Shown here: one piece after another, positions 39,337-49,449 of the stretch
Layout: the number at the start of each line of letters is the position of its first letter
How positions within the stretch are numbered: the first letter of the stretch is position 1
Origin: Shigella phage KRT47
Direction: 5' to 3' (one strand)
Sequence record: MN781580
DNA: 64,000 nucleotides
Position numbers and translations under genes: made by a program
Notes under the pieces: generated by a model
What the model saw: only the letters and a program-made list of their open reading frames with translations
The model's database searches: none
Told to the model about the DNA's origin: nothing

Positions 39337-39630
39337 TCAGCTGTAACGATAACACTCGTTTGATTTACGTTTAGCAACTCGTTGAGAAGTATTATAATCA
39401 AAATCATCGTCAATGTAAACTGATTTTTTCAACTTTCTTACTTCACCACGTAATTGGCGATTTAGCTCATCTTTAACTTCTGAATCAATGCCTTTCATTC
39501 TACGCCATTTATCTGAGCGAAAAATGTTTTCAACCATATCTTTATGACTTACCCCATCAGGGGCTTTACGCTTTCCGAAATAGTCATAATCACGAACTTT
39601 CAAGTCTTTACGACGATACGTTTTACCCAT
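39337..39630 (-). CDS. Small basic hypothetical protein, about 97 aa
   Basis: ATG at 39628-39630; Lys/Arg-rich. Confidence 0.45.
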   Translation of the reverse strand: MGKTYRRKDLKVRDYDYFGKRKAPDGVSHKDMVENIFRSDKWRRMKGIDSEVKDELNRQLRGEVRKLKKSVYIDDDFDYNTSQRVAKRKSNECYRYS

Positions 39631-39805
39631 GGAGTTTAATTTCCTTAGCAACTGAACTAAATGCAGCACGATCGCAAATCATGCGTTTATGTAACTTGAG
39701 TATAATATAGCAAACTTCAAAACTATTTACATGAGTAACACGAACAGCATTACCATTAATGAGATAATACTGTCCCTTTTTAATTTCTTTATCAACCACA
39801 ACCAT
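39623..39805 (-). CDS. Small hypothetical protein, 60 aa
   Basis: ATG at 39803-39805 with SD, downstream of an early promoter. Confidence 0.45.
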   Translation of the reverse strand: MVVVDKEIKKGQYYLINGNAVRVTHVNSFEVCYIILKLHKRMICDRAAFSSVAKEIKLHG

Positions 39806-39835
39806 ATCAATTCCTCAAAGGTAATTCATGTGTTA

Positions 39836-39865
39836 ATAATACCACGGTTTGAACTTGTTGTAAAC
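39836..39865 (-). promoter_or_regulatory. Early promoter (-35 GTTTAC, -10 TATTAT)
   Basis: Minus-strand GTTTAC at 39860-39865, 18-nt spacer. Confidence 0.5.
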
Positions 39866-39945
39866 AACTTTGTGAAAATTATTTTAGGGAATGATAAGAA
39901 GGGAACGATAGCTTAGAATGGTAATATACAGAATGTAAGAAAGAA

Positions 39946-39961
39946 AGGCCCAGAGGGCCCG
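39946..39961 (-). terminator. GC-rich palindromic stem-loop directly after nrdH
   Basis: Plus-strand aggccc-aga-gggccc. Confidence 0.4.
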
Positions 39962-39963
39962 TC

Positions 39964-40272
39964 TTAGTCTTCTATGATATCTCTATCATATCCAAGTGAA
40001 ATGAGAGTTTCTTTGAAGTGTTTAATGTTCTTTTGTCTAGAATCATTAATGAAAATGACTGGATAACGAATGTTAAGAGATGTGAATCCAGCGCGTTTAG
40101 CAAGAGATACAATCAGCGGACGATCATACTCAATCTTACCATTATTTGTAAGAACTTTATAGAAAGTAAAAGGAGCATTGAGCTCCTTTAGAAGTTTTGT
40201 AACTGATTGACATCCAGGACAACGACCTACTTCATCTGGAATTCCATAGACTTCAATCTTATTTTGTTTCAC
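39964..40272 (-). CDS. nrdH: Glutaredoxin-like protein (NrdH-type), 102 aa, probable GTG start
   Basis: CPGC redox motif; AAGGA SD 6 nt before GTG at 40270-40272. Confidence 0.65.
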   Translation of the reverse strand: MKQNKIEVYGIPDEVGRCPGCQSVTKLLKELNAPFTFYKVLTNNGKIEYDRPLIVSLAKRAGFTSLNIRYPVIFINDSRQKNIKHFKETLISLGYDRDIIED

Positions 40273-40274
40273 AA

Positions 40275-40487
40275 CTATTCCTTACTAAGAGCAGCATTCA
40301 GCTTGTTAGTAATTTTATCCAGACGCTTATTGAACTCACTAGAAGATAAGCCCTTTTCTGGAGAAATCAAACTAATCACGAAAAATATAGCAATAAAAGG
40401 AATAAGGAAAATAGCTCCAACTGCCATAAACAGAAAGAATGTTACAGTTGTAAGAAAATCAGCTAAACCTTTACGAAATTTATACAT
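40275..40487 (-). CDS. Small membrane protein, 70 aa
   Basis: ATG at 40485-40487; one long hydrophobic segment. Confidence 0.5.
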   Translation of the reverse strand: MYKFRKGLADFLTTVTFFLFMAVGAIFLIPFIAIFFVISLISPEKGLSSSEFNKRLDKITNKLNAALSKE

Positions 40488-40602
40488 ATTTTACCCTTAA
40501 TTGATTAACCAAGCATTGATAAGCACTAAACTATATTGCGAATAAAATTCTGGACCAAAATGAAAAATCATATCATTTATAGTATCCATAATGTAATTCA
40601 AT

Positions 40603-41073
40603 TTAATCATGTGTCCACACCCCATCGGTATTTGACCAAAGTCGCTGATTATCTGATCCTCGCCACAGCTTTTTAGTCGGAAGATTTTTCTCATACTTCC
40701 CATCAATAATAACATCAACATATTTAAGCATTTCTAGTTGTTTAATATCTTCAAACTTATATCCTGTCCACAACCAAATGCTTTTATTGGGATAAAGATT
40801 TTTAATAGTTTGAACCACAGAGTGAATCACGTCTCTGTTATCAGGATAAAGAGGGTCACCTCCGGTTATAGTTAATCCTTCTATATAATCATTATTCAAA
40901 CACTGAATCAGTTTTTCTAATGTCTCTCCGGTGAATGGAACGCCATTTCTAGCGTTCCATGTTGATTTATTATAACACCCTTCACATTTATGCAAACAAC
41001 CTGTAACGAAAAGAACGACCCTGCAACCAGGGCCATTCACAAAATCACAGGGATAAAATCTATCGTAATTCAT
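40603..41073 (-). CDS. nrdG: Anaerobic ribonucleotide reductase activating protein (radical SAM), 156 aa
   Basis: Radical-SAM cysteine cluster CLHKCEGC; ATGA overlap with nrdD. Confidence 0.85.
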   Translation of the reverse strand: MNYDRFYPCDFVNGPGCRVVLFVTGCLHKCEGCYNKSTWNARNGVPFTGETLEKLIQCLNNDYIEGLTITGGDPLYPDNRDVIHSVVQTIKNLYPNKSIWLWTGYKFEDIKQLEMLKYVDVIIDGKYEKNLPTKKLWRGSDNQRLWSNTDGVWTHD

Positions 41074-42887
41074 TGGTGTTTAACCCTATGCATGATTTCT
41101 TTATTTTTACCGAGATTAAATCCGCGCTCGTTCGGATTTCCCAAATAACCACATGTTCTTCTTATGGTATTCATCTTTTTAGGATCAGTTTCTCCACAAA
41201 TAGAACAAACAAATCCGTTTTCAGTAGGAGTCATTTCATGGGTACTTCCACATGTAAAACATTTATCTACTGGCATATTAACACCAAAATAATCTAAATG
41301 TTGTGCAGCATAATCCCATACGGCCTCAAGACCTTTTAAGTTATTTTTCATATCAGGAAGTTCAACATAAGAAATGTGACCACCTGTCGCAATGAAATGA
41401 TATGGCGCTTCACGAGAAATCTTTTCAAACGGAGTAATATTTTCTTCTACTGAAACATGGAAACTGTTAGTGTACCAGCCTTTATCGGTAACATCTTTTA
41501 CACTTCCATATTTTTCTGTATCAAGTTTACAGAAGCGATAACAAAGGTTTTCAGCAGGAGTCGAATATAAACTAAAAGCAAATCCAGTTCTTTCAGTCCA
41601 CTGTTTAAGATGAGCATTCATTTTAGTTAAAATTTCTCGTCCAATATCACGACCGACAAGAATATTCAATTCGTGAATACCAATGTATCCTAAAGACACT
41701 GAACTTCTACCGTTTTTAAATAACTCAATTATGTCGTCATCAGGTTTAAGACGAACCCCGAATGCACCTTCTTGGTAAAGAATAGGAGCAACAGTAGCTT
41801 TAACTCCTTTTAAGGAACTAATTCTACACATCAAAGCTTCAAAACATAAATCCATTCGTTCATTGAATAATTCAGCAAATTTCTGTTCATTGAACTGTGT
41901 TCCAATATAAGAATCTAACGCGATGCGAGGAAGATTCAGTGTTACAACACCAAGATTATTACGTCCATCAAGAATTTCATTACCAGTCGAATCTTTCCAT
42001 ACGCTCAAGAAACTACGGCATCCCATCGGAGAAACAGGAACAGATGAACCAGTGATAGCTTTATTGTTCTTAGCTGAAATAATATCAGGATACATCCTTT
42101 TGCTTGCACACTCTAGAGCAAGTTGCTTAATGTCGTAATTCGGATCGTCTTTATAAAGATTAACGCCTTCTTCAACGAACATAACAAGCTTAGGGAAAAT
42201 AGGAGTTATTCCATCACGACCAAGACCTTTAATACGATTTTTCAGAATTGCTTTCTGAATCATTCGTTCAGTCCAGTCAGTTCCCGTACCAAATGTAATT
42301 GTTACAAAAGGCGTTTGTCCGTTTGAACTAAAGAGAGTATTTACTTCATATTCATAAGCTTGGAATGCATCGTATACGTCTTTTTCTGTTTTAGATTGAG
42401 CATAATTCAACGCATCAGCGATTTGCCATTTTTCTGCATCCTCAATATGTTTTGCATAGGTGCGTTTAACATAAGGAGAAAGTACTTTATCTACATTCGC
42501 AAAAGTCGTTCCGCCATATTGATGGGAAGCAACTTGCGCAGTAATTTGTGCCATAATTGCAGTAGCAACGCCAATTGATTTAGGAGTTTCAATCTGTGCA
42601 TTACCAAGCTTAAATCCGTTCTCAAGCATTCCTTTTAAATCTACTAAACAGCAATTAGTAAATGGAAGAGCAGGGGAATAATCAATATCATGGAAATGAA
42701 TAATTCCGCTTTCATGCGCTTTCATAATAAAAGACGGGACCATATTTTTGGCAATGTGTTTAGACACAATACCAGCCATAAGGTCCCGTTGAGTTGGAAA
42801 AACACGAGAATCTTTATTAGCATTCTCGTTTAAAAGGTCTTTATTAGTTTTATGAATCAATCCTTCAATTTCTTTTTCAATTGTCAT
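41070..42887 (-). CDS. nrdD: Anaerobic ribonucleotide reductase (glycyl radical enzyme), 605 aa, intron-free
   Basis: Single 605-aa ORF with C-terminal zinc ribbon and glycyl-radical region (CGYLG). Confidence 0.9.
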   Translation of the reverse strand: MTIEKEIEGLIHKTNKDLLNENANKDSRVFPTQRDLMAGIVSKHIAKNMVPSFIMKAHESGIIHFHDIDYSPALPFTNCCLVDLKGMLENGFKLGNAQIETPKSIGVATAIMAQITAQVASHQYGGTTFANVDKVLSPYVKRTYAKHIEDAEKWQIADALNYAQSKTEKDVYDAFQAYEYEVNTLFSSNGQTPFVTITFGTGTDWTERMIQKAILKNRIKGLGRDGITPIFPKLVMFVEEGVNLYKDDPNYDIKQLALECASKRMYPDIISAKNNKAITGSSVPVSPMGCRSFLSVWKDSTGNEILDGRNNLGVVTLNLPRIALDSYIGTQFNEQKFAELFNERMDLCFEALMCRISSLKGVKATVAPILYQEGAFGVRLKPDDDIIELFKNGRSSVSLGYIGIHELNILVGRDIGREILTKMNAHLKQWTERTGFAFSLYSTPAENLCYRFCKLDTEKYGSVKDVTDKGWYTNSFHVSVEENITPFEKISREAPYHFIATGGHISYVELPDMKNNLKGLEAVWDYAAQHLDYFGVNMPVDKCFTCGSTHEMTPTENGFVCSICGETDPKKMNTIRRTCGYLGNPNERGFNLGKNKEIMHRVKHQ

Positions 42888-43357
42888 TTTAAACTCTTTC
42901 TAAGCTGCTTCTTAAATGAAGCTATTAATTGTGTTTTAGTGTCAGATTCATTATATTCAAATCCTCTTTGAAGCATCTCAGCCATCATTTCCTCTTTTCC
43001 TAAACGAGAAAATTCCTTTGATTTATCTCCAACGAAGTTAGGGTGAATATTATTTTGGGTGTAATCGGATTTTAAATAAGTAAGTAAATTTTCTAGCCAT
43101 TCAAGATAATCAACGCCTTGTCCCTTTAAGCCAGAACGATTAAATTTATGCTTCATTTGACCTTCCGCAGCATTGCAGAGATTACAGAGCAATCCACGTA
43201 CCTTTCCTGCTTTTGGTCCATTTAATTCATGGTCATGGTCAAGGTGATTAGCTTGAACATCAGGATTTAGTTCTCGTTGGCAAATTAAGCATTTACCGTT
43301 TTGTGCATTATAAAATTTTTGTTTTTCTTCTTTATATAATTTGCCAGTCAATAACAT
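42884..43357 (-). CDS. 49: Endonuclease VII (Holliday junction resolvase), 157 aa
   Basis: Zinc-binding CLICQ...HLDHDH...CNLCN motifs; 157 aa as T4 gp49. Confidence 0.85.
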   Translation of the reverse strand: MLLTGKLYKEEKQKFYNAQNGKCLICQRELNPDVQANHLDHDHELNGPKAGKVRGLLCNLCNAAEGQMKHKFNRSGLKGQGVDYLEWLENLLTYLKSDYTQNNIHPNFVGDKSKEFSRLGKEEMMAEMLQRGFEYNESDTKTQLIASFKKQLRKSLK

Positions 43358-43406
43358 AATAAAACCCTTACCTTAAATAGATAAGGGTATTTATTATTTT
43401 CAAGTA

Positions 43407-43853
43407 TTAAAACGCTCGGTCAGAAAAAGAAATTTGAGTTTCAAGCCATTCAATATATTCTGCCGCGGCTTGCATTAAATTTCCTTCATAATCATCAATA
43501 TCTTTTTTCAACGCCGATTTAGATAATGCATATGAAATTCGTTCACCCTGAAATCCAGCTTTAGGTTTATGAAGAACTTGATCAATTCGTTCTACAACTT
43601 CTTCAATTTCGCCATTTTCTGCGGATTCAGTATTCCACAAGCACCAATACGTAATTGGCTTATCATAGATGTTAATAATCTTTCCATCAGAAAGTTCAAT
43701 TTCAATAATTCCAGTATCAGGTTCTATATCATCTTCGCATTCTTTTGCAAGTTCACGAACTTTAAAGACAGTACCTGCACTAAGTTCCGGCCAGTAATTA
43801 CACAGCCCTTTATCAGCACGATTAATTCTAAACCACTTATCTACTGCAATCAT
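43407..43853 (-). CDS. Hypothetical protein, about 148 aa
   Basis: ATG at 43851-43853; track starts at an upstream TTG. Confidence 0.5.
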   Translation of the reverse strand: MIAVDKWFRINRADKGLCNYWPELSAGTVFKVRELAKECEDDIEPDTGIIEIELSDGKIINIYDKPITYWCLWNTESAENGEIEEVVERIDQVLHKPKAGFQGERISYALSKSALKKDIDDYEGNLMQAAAEYIEWLETQISFSDRAF

Positions 43854-43976
43854 GTCCCATCTCCATATCAATTAAGTCATTTATTGTTGGTTCATTATAT
43901 ACTGTTTCTTCATCAGTGTAAACCGGTTCTTCCGGCTCTGGCTCTACAGTTTCCCATCTAGCCGCCCACCAGGGTT

Positions 43977-44297
43977 TTATAGCGTAATCCATTCTCGTAC
44001 TGTCTGAGTTACTACACGTTCATGGGGCTCGACTAGTTCAACAGTCGGAACTGCATAATACCAGTCAGAATGATAAGAACCTGACCGAGATTCATTTACA
44101 GCCACATGTACATTATGTTTTGGACTAAAGTAAACACACTGACGATATTGACATTTACCATCTTGCACCCAGTCTTCTATTTCGACAGGTTTAAGATAAT
44201 CGGAAAAATCGAAATCATAGTTTTCCGAAAATGCATCATGGTCTTCAATGATTTCGCTCAGAACTGCATCAACATCTAATTTATTTTCAATAGTCAT
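43977..44297 (-). CDS. Hypothetical acidic protein, 106 aa
   Basis: ATG at 44295-44297. Confidence 0.5.
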   Translation of the reverse strand: MTIENKLDVDAVLSEIIEDHDAFSENYDFDFSDYLKPVEIEDWVQDGKCQYRQCVYFSPKHNVHVAVNESRSGSYHSDWYYAVPTVELVEPHERVVTQTVREWITL

Positions 44298-44307
44298 TTT
44301 TCACCAA

Positions 44308-44478
44308 TTAATTTCGCAATTTATTAAGTTCTTCATAATCAATCCAGGATTCTAATCCTGATGGCAAATCAGATTCAATTTCCCAAAGAAGTTCTTCAAT
44401 TTTATGAAGACGATCTAGTTCTTCAGCAGAAATAGTAACCATTGACGGAGCTCTTGCTGCATTAATATCGTAAATCAT
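44308..44478 (-). CDS. Small hypothetical protein, about 56 aa
   Basis: ATG at 44476-44478 just after the upstream stop; track starts at an upstream GTG. Confidence 0.4.
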   Translation of the reverse strand: MIYDINAARAPSMVTISAEELDRLHKIEELLWEIESDLPSGLESWIDYEELNKLRN

Positions 44479-44480
44479 AT

Positions 44481-44696
44481 TTACCCCAGTTTGACCATGC
44501 AATCGCCGTATTTCCACTTAGAAATAGACTTTTCACCATTAGAATAATAAACTTCGAGTTTAGCGCGGCCATTTTTAATTTGAATAACCTTTGCTGTCAT
44601 CAAAGTTCCATACCCATAATAAACTGCAACCTCATCACCTACATATACCGCGCTTCCACGATAATCATGGATATAATCAGTTCCTTCGAGCATCAT
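44481..44696 (-). CDS. Small hypothetical protein, 71 aa
   Basis: ATG at 44694-44696, overlapping the nrdC stop. Confidence 0.45.
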   Translation of the reverse strand: MMLEGTDYIHDYRGSAVYVGDEVAVYYGYGTLMTAKVIQIKNGRAKLEVYYSNGEKSISKWKYGDCMVKLG

Positions 44697-44956
44697 TTAA
44701 AGTATTCCCGCAATTGGTCAAAGCCGCCAATATGACTTCCATCAGGAGCAAATACCTGAGGCATTGTCAAGCCAATTTGAGTATCACGACCTAGTTTAGT
44801 CAGAAGCTCAGCGATTTTCTCATCATCAAAAACACCTTTTTCCGGCATAATGTTGATAAATTCAAACGGCTGTTTCTTCACGGTCAAAAGACGTTTTGCA
44901 TTATCACAATACACACATTTGTGGATGTTGCTATCATAACCATATACTTTAAACAT
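44693..44956 (-). CDS. nrdC: Thioredoxin/glutaredoxin, 87 aa
   Basis: Active-site CVYC; 87 aa as T4 NrdC. Confidence 0.8.
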   Translation of the reverse strand: MFKVYGYDSNIHKCVYCDNAKRLLTVKKQPFEFINIMPEKGVFDDEKIAELLTKLGRDTQIGLTMPQVFAPDGSHIGGFDQLREYFK

Positions 44957-44957
44957 A

Positions 44958-45200
44958 TTATTCCTTAATTCCTAGTACTTGTTTAAAAGTCTCGTCGTAA
45001 TCAAGACTTTGGCCCGTTTGTTCTTTATGTTTGTATATAATATCACTTACTTCTGATAGCATATTTTTATATGAACGAGTTAAAGCAGATTTAAGCACGC
45101 TGTATCTATCAGGAAATTTACTATGTTCATTATAATAAGCTATTGCTAATTCACGGACTGCCTTTTCAGCAGTCTCCATATATTCTTTACGCTTGGTCAT
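44958..45200 (-). CDS. Hypothetical protein, about 80 aa
   Basis: ATG at 45198-45200; track N-terminus overlaps the upstream ORF in another frame. Confidence 0.4.
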   Translation of the reverse strand: MTKRKEYMETAEKAVRELAIAYYNEHSKFPDRYSVLKSALTRSYKNMLSEVSDIIYKHKEQTGQSLDYDETFKQVLGIKE

Positions 45201-45483
45201 TTTCTTCTCGGTCAAATCGGTGTTTACAATGGCGACATTTATAACGAAGATTATTAGTCTGCCAATGGACCAATTGCACCTGTTCAGTTCCACATTCAGG
45301 GCAATTAGGAACGTTTTTAGAAGCCCTTTCGCGACGTTTAACCATAGCCATAATGGCATCCCATGCTGGAGGTTTAAAATCTAAATCGTCAGTAACTAGC
45401 AGTCCTTTATCAAACCCAACGCATGGAGTCCATTCAGGAAAATCTGAAGCTTCGGCAATATCTTCTAATAAACGCTTTTTCAT
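45187..45483 (-). CDS. Zinc-ribbon protein, 98 aa
   Basis: CPECG...CRHCKH motif; ATG at 45481-45483. Confidence 0.5.
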   Translation of the reverse strand: MKKRLLEDIAEASDFPEWTPCVGFDKGLLVTDDLDFKPPAWDAIMAMVKRRERASKNVPNCPECGTEQVQLVHWQTNNLRYKCRHCKHRFDREENDQA

Positions 45484-46406
45484 TTCAGTACCTCAATAGC
45501 ATCACGTAAACCATTTGCTTTGGCGGTTAAAGCCTTAAGAACTTTAGTATGCTCTTCAATTTGTTTTTCAACTTCAATCAAACGGGCACTGAGATATTCG
45601 CGTTCTTCTTTCATAGTATCATTCCCATGATTGGGCTTTGGCGTAGATTTAAATTTACTAGGGTCCTTTAACTTAATAACAACTTTAGTTTCAAACAGTG
45701 AAAGACCATAATTCGTATTATCATCAAAGGATTCAACTACGTCCATTTTAGACAATAACGTGCGAAGATTATAAGTCAAAGAACGAATCGTTTTATTATG
45801 TTTATTAGCTTCACATGGTTTCATATATGGAAGATTTTTATATATTTCATGTGGAGCACAAACAATAATTGACAATTCAAATGGTCCATTCTGTGATGAT
45901 GGAATGAATTTAGCCGTAACCCAATCTTTTACATTTACATTAATAGTACGGTCATCGCCATGACAAAACAGTCTACGAGAATGCTTAAAAAGCATATTCA
46001 CATTATTATTAAATTCATGTGAAAACTCACTAGCAAATTTTTCTTTACTATTTTTAGAAAACCATTCTTCTAAATAAGTTCTTTTCACGTCATTAATAAT
46101 ATTAAATGTAACAACATTAGCATTTGATACATTAGTCTCAATGTAGCTTGGATACATAAATTTTTTAACATTATTAACAGCTATCACAGAAGATAGTAAT
46201 CGGGAACGTTTGAACCACTCGAGCAAAGAACCAAGAGAATGTGAATACGCATTTTGTGTATCTTTACAAATATGGTTTTCCCATCCAATATAGTCTAAAA
46301 AATCACGAAGAATATTATTGATTACTGCTCTGTGTCCTATCTGATAATTACGATGTTTAGTAATAAGACTGTCAAAATAATCAATATAATGTTTACGAGT
46401 TTTCAT
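45480..46406 (-). CDS. Paralog family protein A, 308 aa, C-terminal coiled coil
   Basis: ATG at 46404-46406; heptad-repeat tail; motifs RSRLLS and MDVV shared with neighbours. Confidence 0.6.
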   Translation of the reverse strand: MKTRKHYIDYFDSLITKHRNYQIGHRAVINNILRDFLDYIGWENHICKDTQNAYSHSLGSLLEWFKRSRLLSSVIAVNNVKKFMYPSYIETNVSNANVVTFNIINDVKRTYLEEWFSKNSKEKFASEFSHEFNNNVNMLFKHSRRLFCHGDDRTINVNVKDWVTAKFIPSSQNGPFELSIIVCAPHEIYKNLPYMKPCEANKHNKTIRSLTYNLRTLLSKMDVVESFDDNTNYGLSLFETKVVIKLKDPSKFKSTPKPNHGNDTMKEEREYLSARLIEVEKQIEEHTKVLKALTAKANGLRDAIEVLK

Positions 46407-46439
46407 GTTCTTCTCACTTGGTTAATGGTTTATACTCCG

Positions 46440-46453
46440 AGCCATCCTTGGCT
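46440..46453 (-). terminator. Short stem-loop (agcca-tcct-tggct) between paralogs B and A
   Basis: Inverted repeat read in sequence; weak terminator or processing site. Confidence 0.3.
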
Positions 46454-46458
46454 TTAAA

Positions 46459-47460
46459 TTACTTAATTAACTGTAAAGCTTGTTCAAGACGATCAAGACG
46501 ATTAACGGATTCTTCCCAAATCTTTTTAGCCTGCTCATATTCTTTCTGCGCTTTATTAGAAATTTCTAGAACTTCTTTATAAGCTTTTTCTAATGCAATA
46601 ACTTCTGGACGAATTTCTATCGGTTCAGGTGAATCATCAAGACATTCCATTAGTTCCTCAAGAGTAGTTTCTTCTTTAGGAGTATTCACAATTTCCTCAC
46701 ATTTTTGTTGATAAATTTCTTTATCAGTAGGTGAATAAGCACATTTCACTTCACGAAGACTAATTACAATTTTATATCCTTCCCATCCGCATATATTCTT
46801 AAAAGGATATGTATGAATATTTTCTACTGTTTCCATACAAAGTAATGCAGTCTCTAACTGACGAGTTATAGTGCTAGCAATTGAGAAAAATTTATTAATA
46901 TTCTTTTGGTTAGCGTTTGGTGTAAAAAATCCATAATTCACAAAAATAGCTACTTTATTTTCATCAAGCTCATATTCTTTTACGATAATCATATCAGAAG
47001 CCAAAGGATGAATTTGACGATAATCGCCATAACATAATTTAGAAGCTGATTTTAGAATTTGTCCTTTGAAAAGTCTGAAATTACTAATCCAACGACGAGT
47101 AAAAATATTCTCAGGGTCTTCTTTATTATTAAGATGATAAGAATTAACATCACCGAACCAATTATATCCTACTACATCTTTAGTTCGTTTAATTTCTTTC
47201 CCAAAATTACCAAGAATATCCCGATTAACCAAATATGAAAGAAGACGAGACTCTTTAAAGGTTTTCTTGATATTATCTTTATCTACACGGCTAGAAATTT
47301 TACGAATTTCATGAATAAATTTAGTAGAAGAAACAATACTTGCATCAACACTATTGAGCCATTGATTGATAATGGAAAGAACGATATTTTGACCAAACAT
47401 CGGTATAGCTTTATCATCAATAACGCTATTGAATGATTTGATATATTCGTTACGAGTCAT
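46459..47460 (-). CDS. Paralog family protein B, about 333 aa, C-terminal coiled coil
   Basis: ATG at 47458-47460 with GAGGAG SD; own early promoter upstream; ESRLLS motif. Confidence 0.6.
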   Translation of the reverse strand: MTRNEYIKSFNSVIDDKAIPMFGQNIVLSIINQWLNSVDASIVSSTKFIHEIRKISSRVDKDNIKKTFKESRLLSYLVNRDILGNFGKEIKRTKDVVGYNWFGDVNSYHLNNKEDPENIFTRRWISNFRLFKGQILKSASKLCYGDYRQIHPLASDMIIVKEYELDENKVAIFVNYGFFTPNANQKNINKFFSIASTITRQLETALLCMETVENIHTYPFKNICGWEGYKIVISLREVKCAYSPTDKEIYQQKCEEIVNTPKEETTLEELMECLDDSPEPIEIRPEVIALEKAYKEVLEISNKAQKEYEQAKKIWEESVNRLDRLEQALQLIK

Positions 47461-47488
47461 ATTAATCTCCTCAGTAGAAAGTAAGAAC

Positions 47489-47518
47489 ATTATACCACAT
47501 CCTTGTGGCAAAGTAAAC
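47489..47518 (-). promoter_or_regulatory. Early promoter (-35 GTTTAC, -10 TATAAT), near-identical to the one at 2418-2447
   Basis: Minus-strand GTTTAC at 47513-47518, TATAAT at 47489-47494. Confidence 0.6.
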
Positions 47519-48537
47519 TAGTTCAGTGCATTTAGTGCATTGTTCAGTTTAGAACGTTGCTTCGTGAGATTTTTGACTTTTTCTTGTGCTTTTTCTAGCA
47601 TCTTTTCAGCTTCTAACACTTCATTGGTCGCTTTAACGAGTTCATCATCTACTGCCTTAAGGGACTTCTCAATCGCATCCGCGTGCCATTTTTCAACAGG
47701 TTTAAGACTCGGATTTTCAATAGGAAGAAAATTCACTTTATTGAATTTCCATGCATCTTTATTACCTGAACTATACATCCAAAATTTAGGATCATTTGAC
47801 GAGTAATTAGATAAATTTAAGTTATCTTGCACTTCCTGCTTTTTCTCTTGCGGGACTTCGTCCTTTCTCAAAAAATCGTATTTAAATGAAACGATCATAT
47901 CAAGTTCATATGATGTTGTATCTAACTTAAATCGTTCAAAACGAGGTAAAATCTTAGATTGAACAGCAGCAACAACATCCATATACTTAAATGCTTCTGT
48001 CAACTGTGATTTAAGACATTCACAAATTGAAAGAGAATTTTTAGTATTAGGCTTAAAGCTGATTCGCGCAGTTCGATTATTTTCTTTAGATGGTCTTACT
48101 TCCATTTGAAGAGTATAACCATCAAATTTCAGATTCTTTAAGTTAATATCAGAACCTTTTAATCGACTAGCCGTAGACAAAATTTGCTTTAATTGTTTAC
48201 GGAATAAAGCAATAAATCTCCATTCAAGACGATAATGATTTGGATTATAAAATCCCGTTGATAGATCAACTTTACTTTGACCAACGCCTTGAACAAGTAG
48301 AGGATTTTTATAATCAACAGTTTTACAGAAATCCATGAGCTGTTCACGGGCAGTCATTTGCGTAATATATCCAGCTTTATCAAAATGCCGCAACCATTCA
48401 GCGCTATTCAATGAGTTAAAGTGAATATTACGTGTAACTTTATCAGGGTCTAAATTATTTTCACATAAAAATGTTATGACATTACGAGTATAACTAGCAT
48501 TACGAACCATATCTTCAATTTGAGAACGAGTTTTCAT
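47518..48537 (-). CDS. Paralog family protein C, 339 aa, C-terminal coiled coil
   Basis: ATG at 48535-48537 with AAGGA SD; YMDVV motif; heptad tail. Confidence 0.6.
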   Translation of the reverse strand: MKTRSQIEDMVRNASYTRNVITFLCENNLDPDKVTRNIHFNSLNSAEWLRHFDKAGYITQMTAREQLMDFCKTVDYKNPLLVQGVGQSKVDLSTGFYNPNHYRLEWRFIALFRKQLKQILSTASRLKGSDINLKNLKFDGYTLQMEVRPSKENNRTARISFKPNTKNSLSICECLKSQLTEAFKYMDVVAAVQSKILPRFERFKLDTTSYELDMIVSFKYDFLRKDEVPQEKKQEVQDNLNLSNYSSNDPKFWMYSSGNKDAWKFNKVNFLPIENPSLKPVEKWHADAIEKSLKAVDDELVKATNEVLEAEKMLEKAQEKVKNLTKQRSKLNNALNALN

Positions 48538-48545
48538 AGTATTCC

Positions 48546-49439
48546 TTAAAATTTAAGTAAATCGATAATTTTAATTAAATTTTCACGCTCAGATTTAGCT
48601 TTACTGCTTAATCCAGACAATCTAAAAATTTCATCATCGTATTGCTGAATAGAAATATTTAGCTCTTCTATTTGTTTACTGAAATAATCAATCTGCTCGG
48701 AATATTTTTCATTACTACGAACTGGAACGGGTTTTGTTGGCAAGTCAATCTTATTCTCATTGACTTCAACCGGACGATAAATTAAAATACAATTTGAACC
48801 AATTGGGCATTTTGCTCCAGATACATATTCTAGTGTTCCGGCTTTCTTTAAAACCTCAAAAGCTAAGCATAGATGGTATCCCATATTAGCATAATCGGTT
48901 GAATGCGCCCTGATGTAATAATCATCTTGACGAATACTAAACTTGAAGCATTTAAGTTCTTCTGTATTATTCGTTTTAAAGATCATTTGTTTATCTAGGC
49001 CTGTAGCTAATCGAGCTCCTAATGCCAACAATCGACGCTGATTTTCCCACAAATCAGTAATCATTTGATCAAATGATAGTTTTGGCATTGGACGACCGTA
49101 AAGATCATAGCCTTTGTTATAATTGCGAAGAATTTCACTTGCATTAATACGTGATAACGCTCCAATTTTATTAAGCGCTTTCATAATACGATTAGACCAC
49201 CCCATCCCAGACCCATTAGTTCGTCGCAAGTGTTTTTCTAATCTAAAGCCAATATCAATATTAAACGTATCTAAAATTTCATTACGAACATCTTGTTCAA
49301 TGATACTAAAATTAAATGTTGGGTTAAGTCTATAAAAGAGCTGATCTGCTTTATCGTGATTAAGTACAGTCCATTCATTTAATTTTTTATTAACTAAAGA
49401 TTTAATTACTGCATTAACATTATTAATTATTACTGACAT
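48546..49439 (-). CDS. Paralog family protein D, about 297 aa, C-terminal coiled coil
   Basis: ATG at 49437-49439 with GAGGAAA SD; heptad tail. Confidence 0.6.
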   Translation of the reverse strand: MSVIINNVNAVIKSLVNKKLNEWTVLNHDKADQLFYRLNPTFNFSIIEQDVRNEILDTFNIDIGFRLEKHLRRTNGSGMGWSNRIMKALNKIGALSRINASEILRNYNKGYDLYGRPMPKLSFDQMITDLWENQRRLLALGARLATGLDKQMIFKTNNTEELKCFKFSIRQDDYYIRAHSTDYANMGYHLCLAFEVLKKAGTLEYVSGAKCPIGSNCILIYRPVEVNENKIDLPTKPVPVRSNEKYSEQIDYFSKQIEELNISIQQYDDEIFRLSGLSSKAKSERENLIKIIDLLKF

Positions 49440-49449
49440 ATTATTTTCC

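Noticed and set aside
40497-40721. 74-aa ORF overlapping the 3' end of nrdG
   Set aside because: Mostly an alternative frame of nrdG; the non-overlapping part would encode only about 30 aa with no clear SD.
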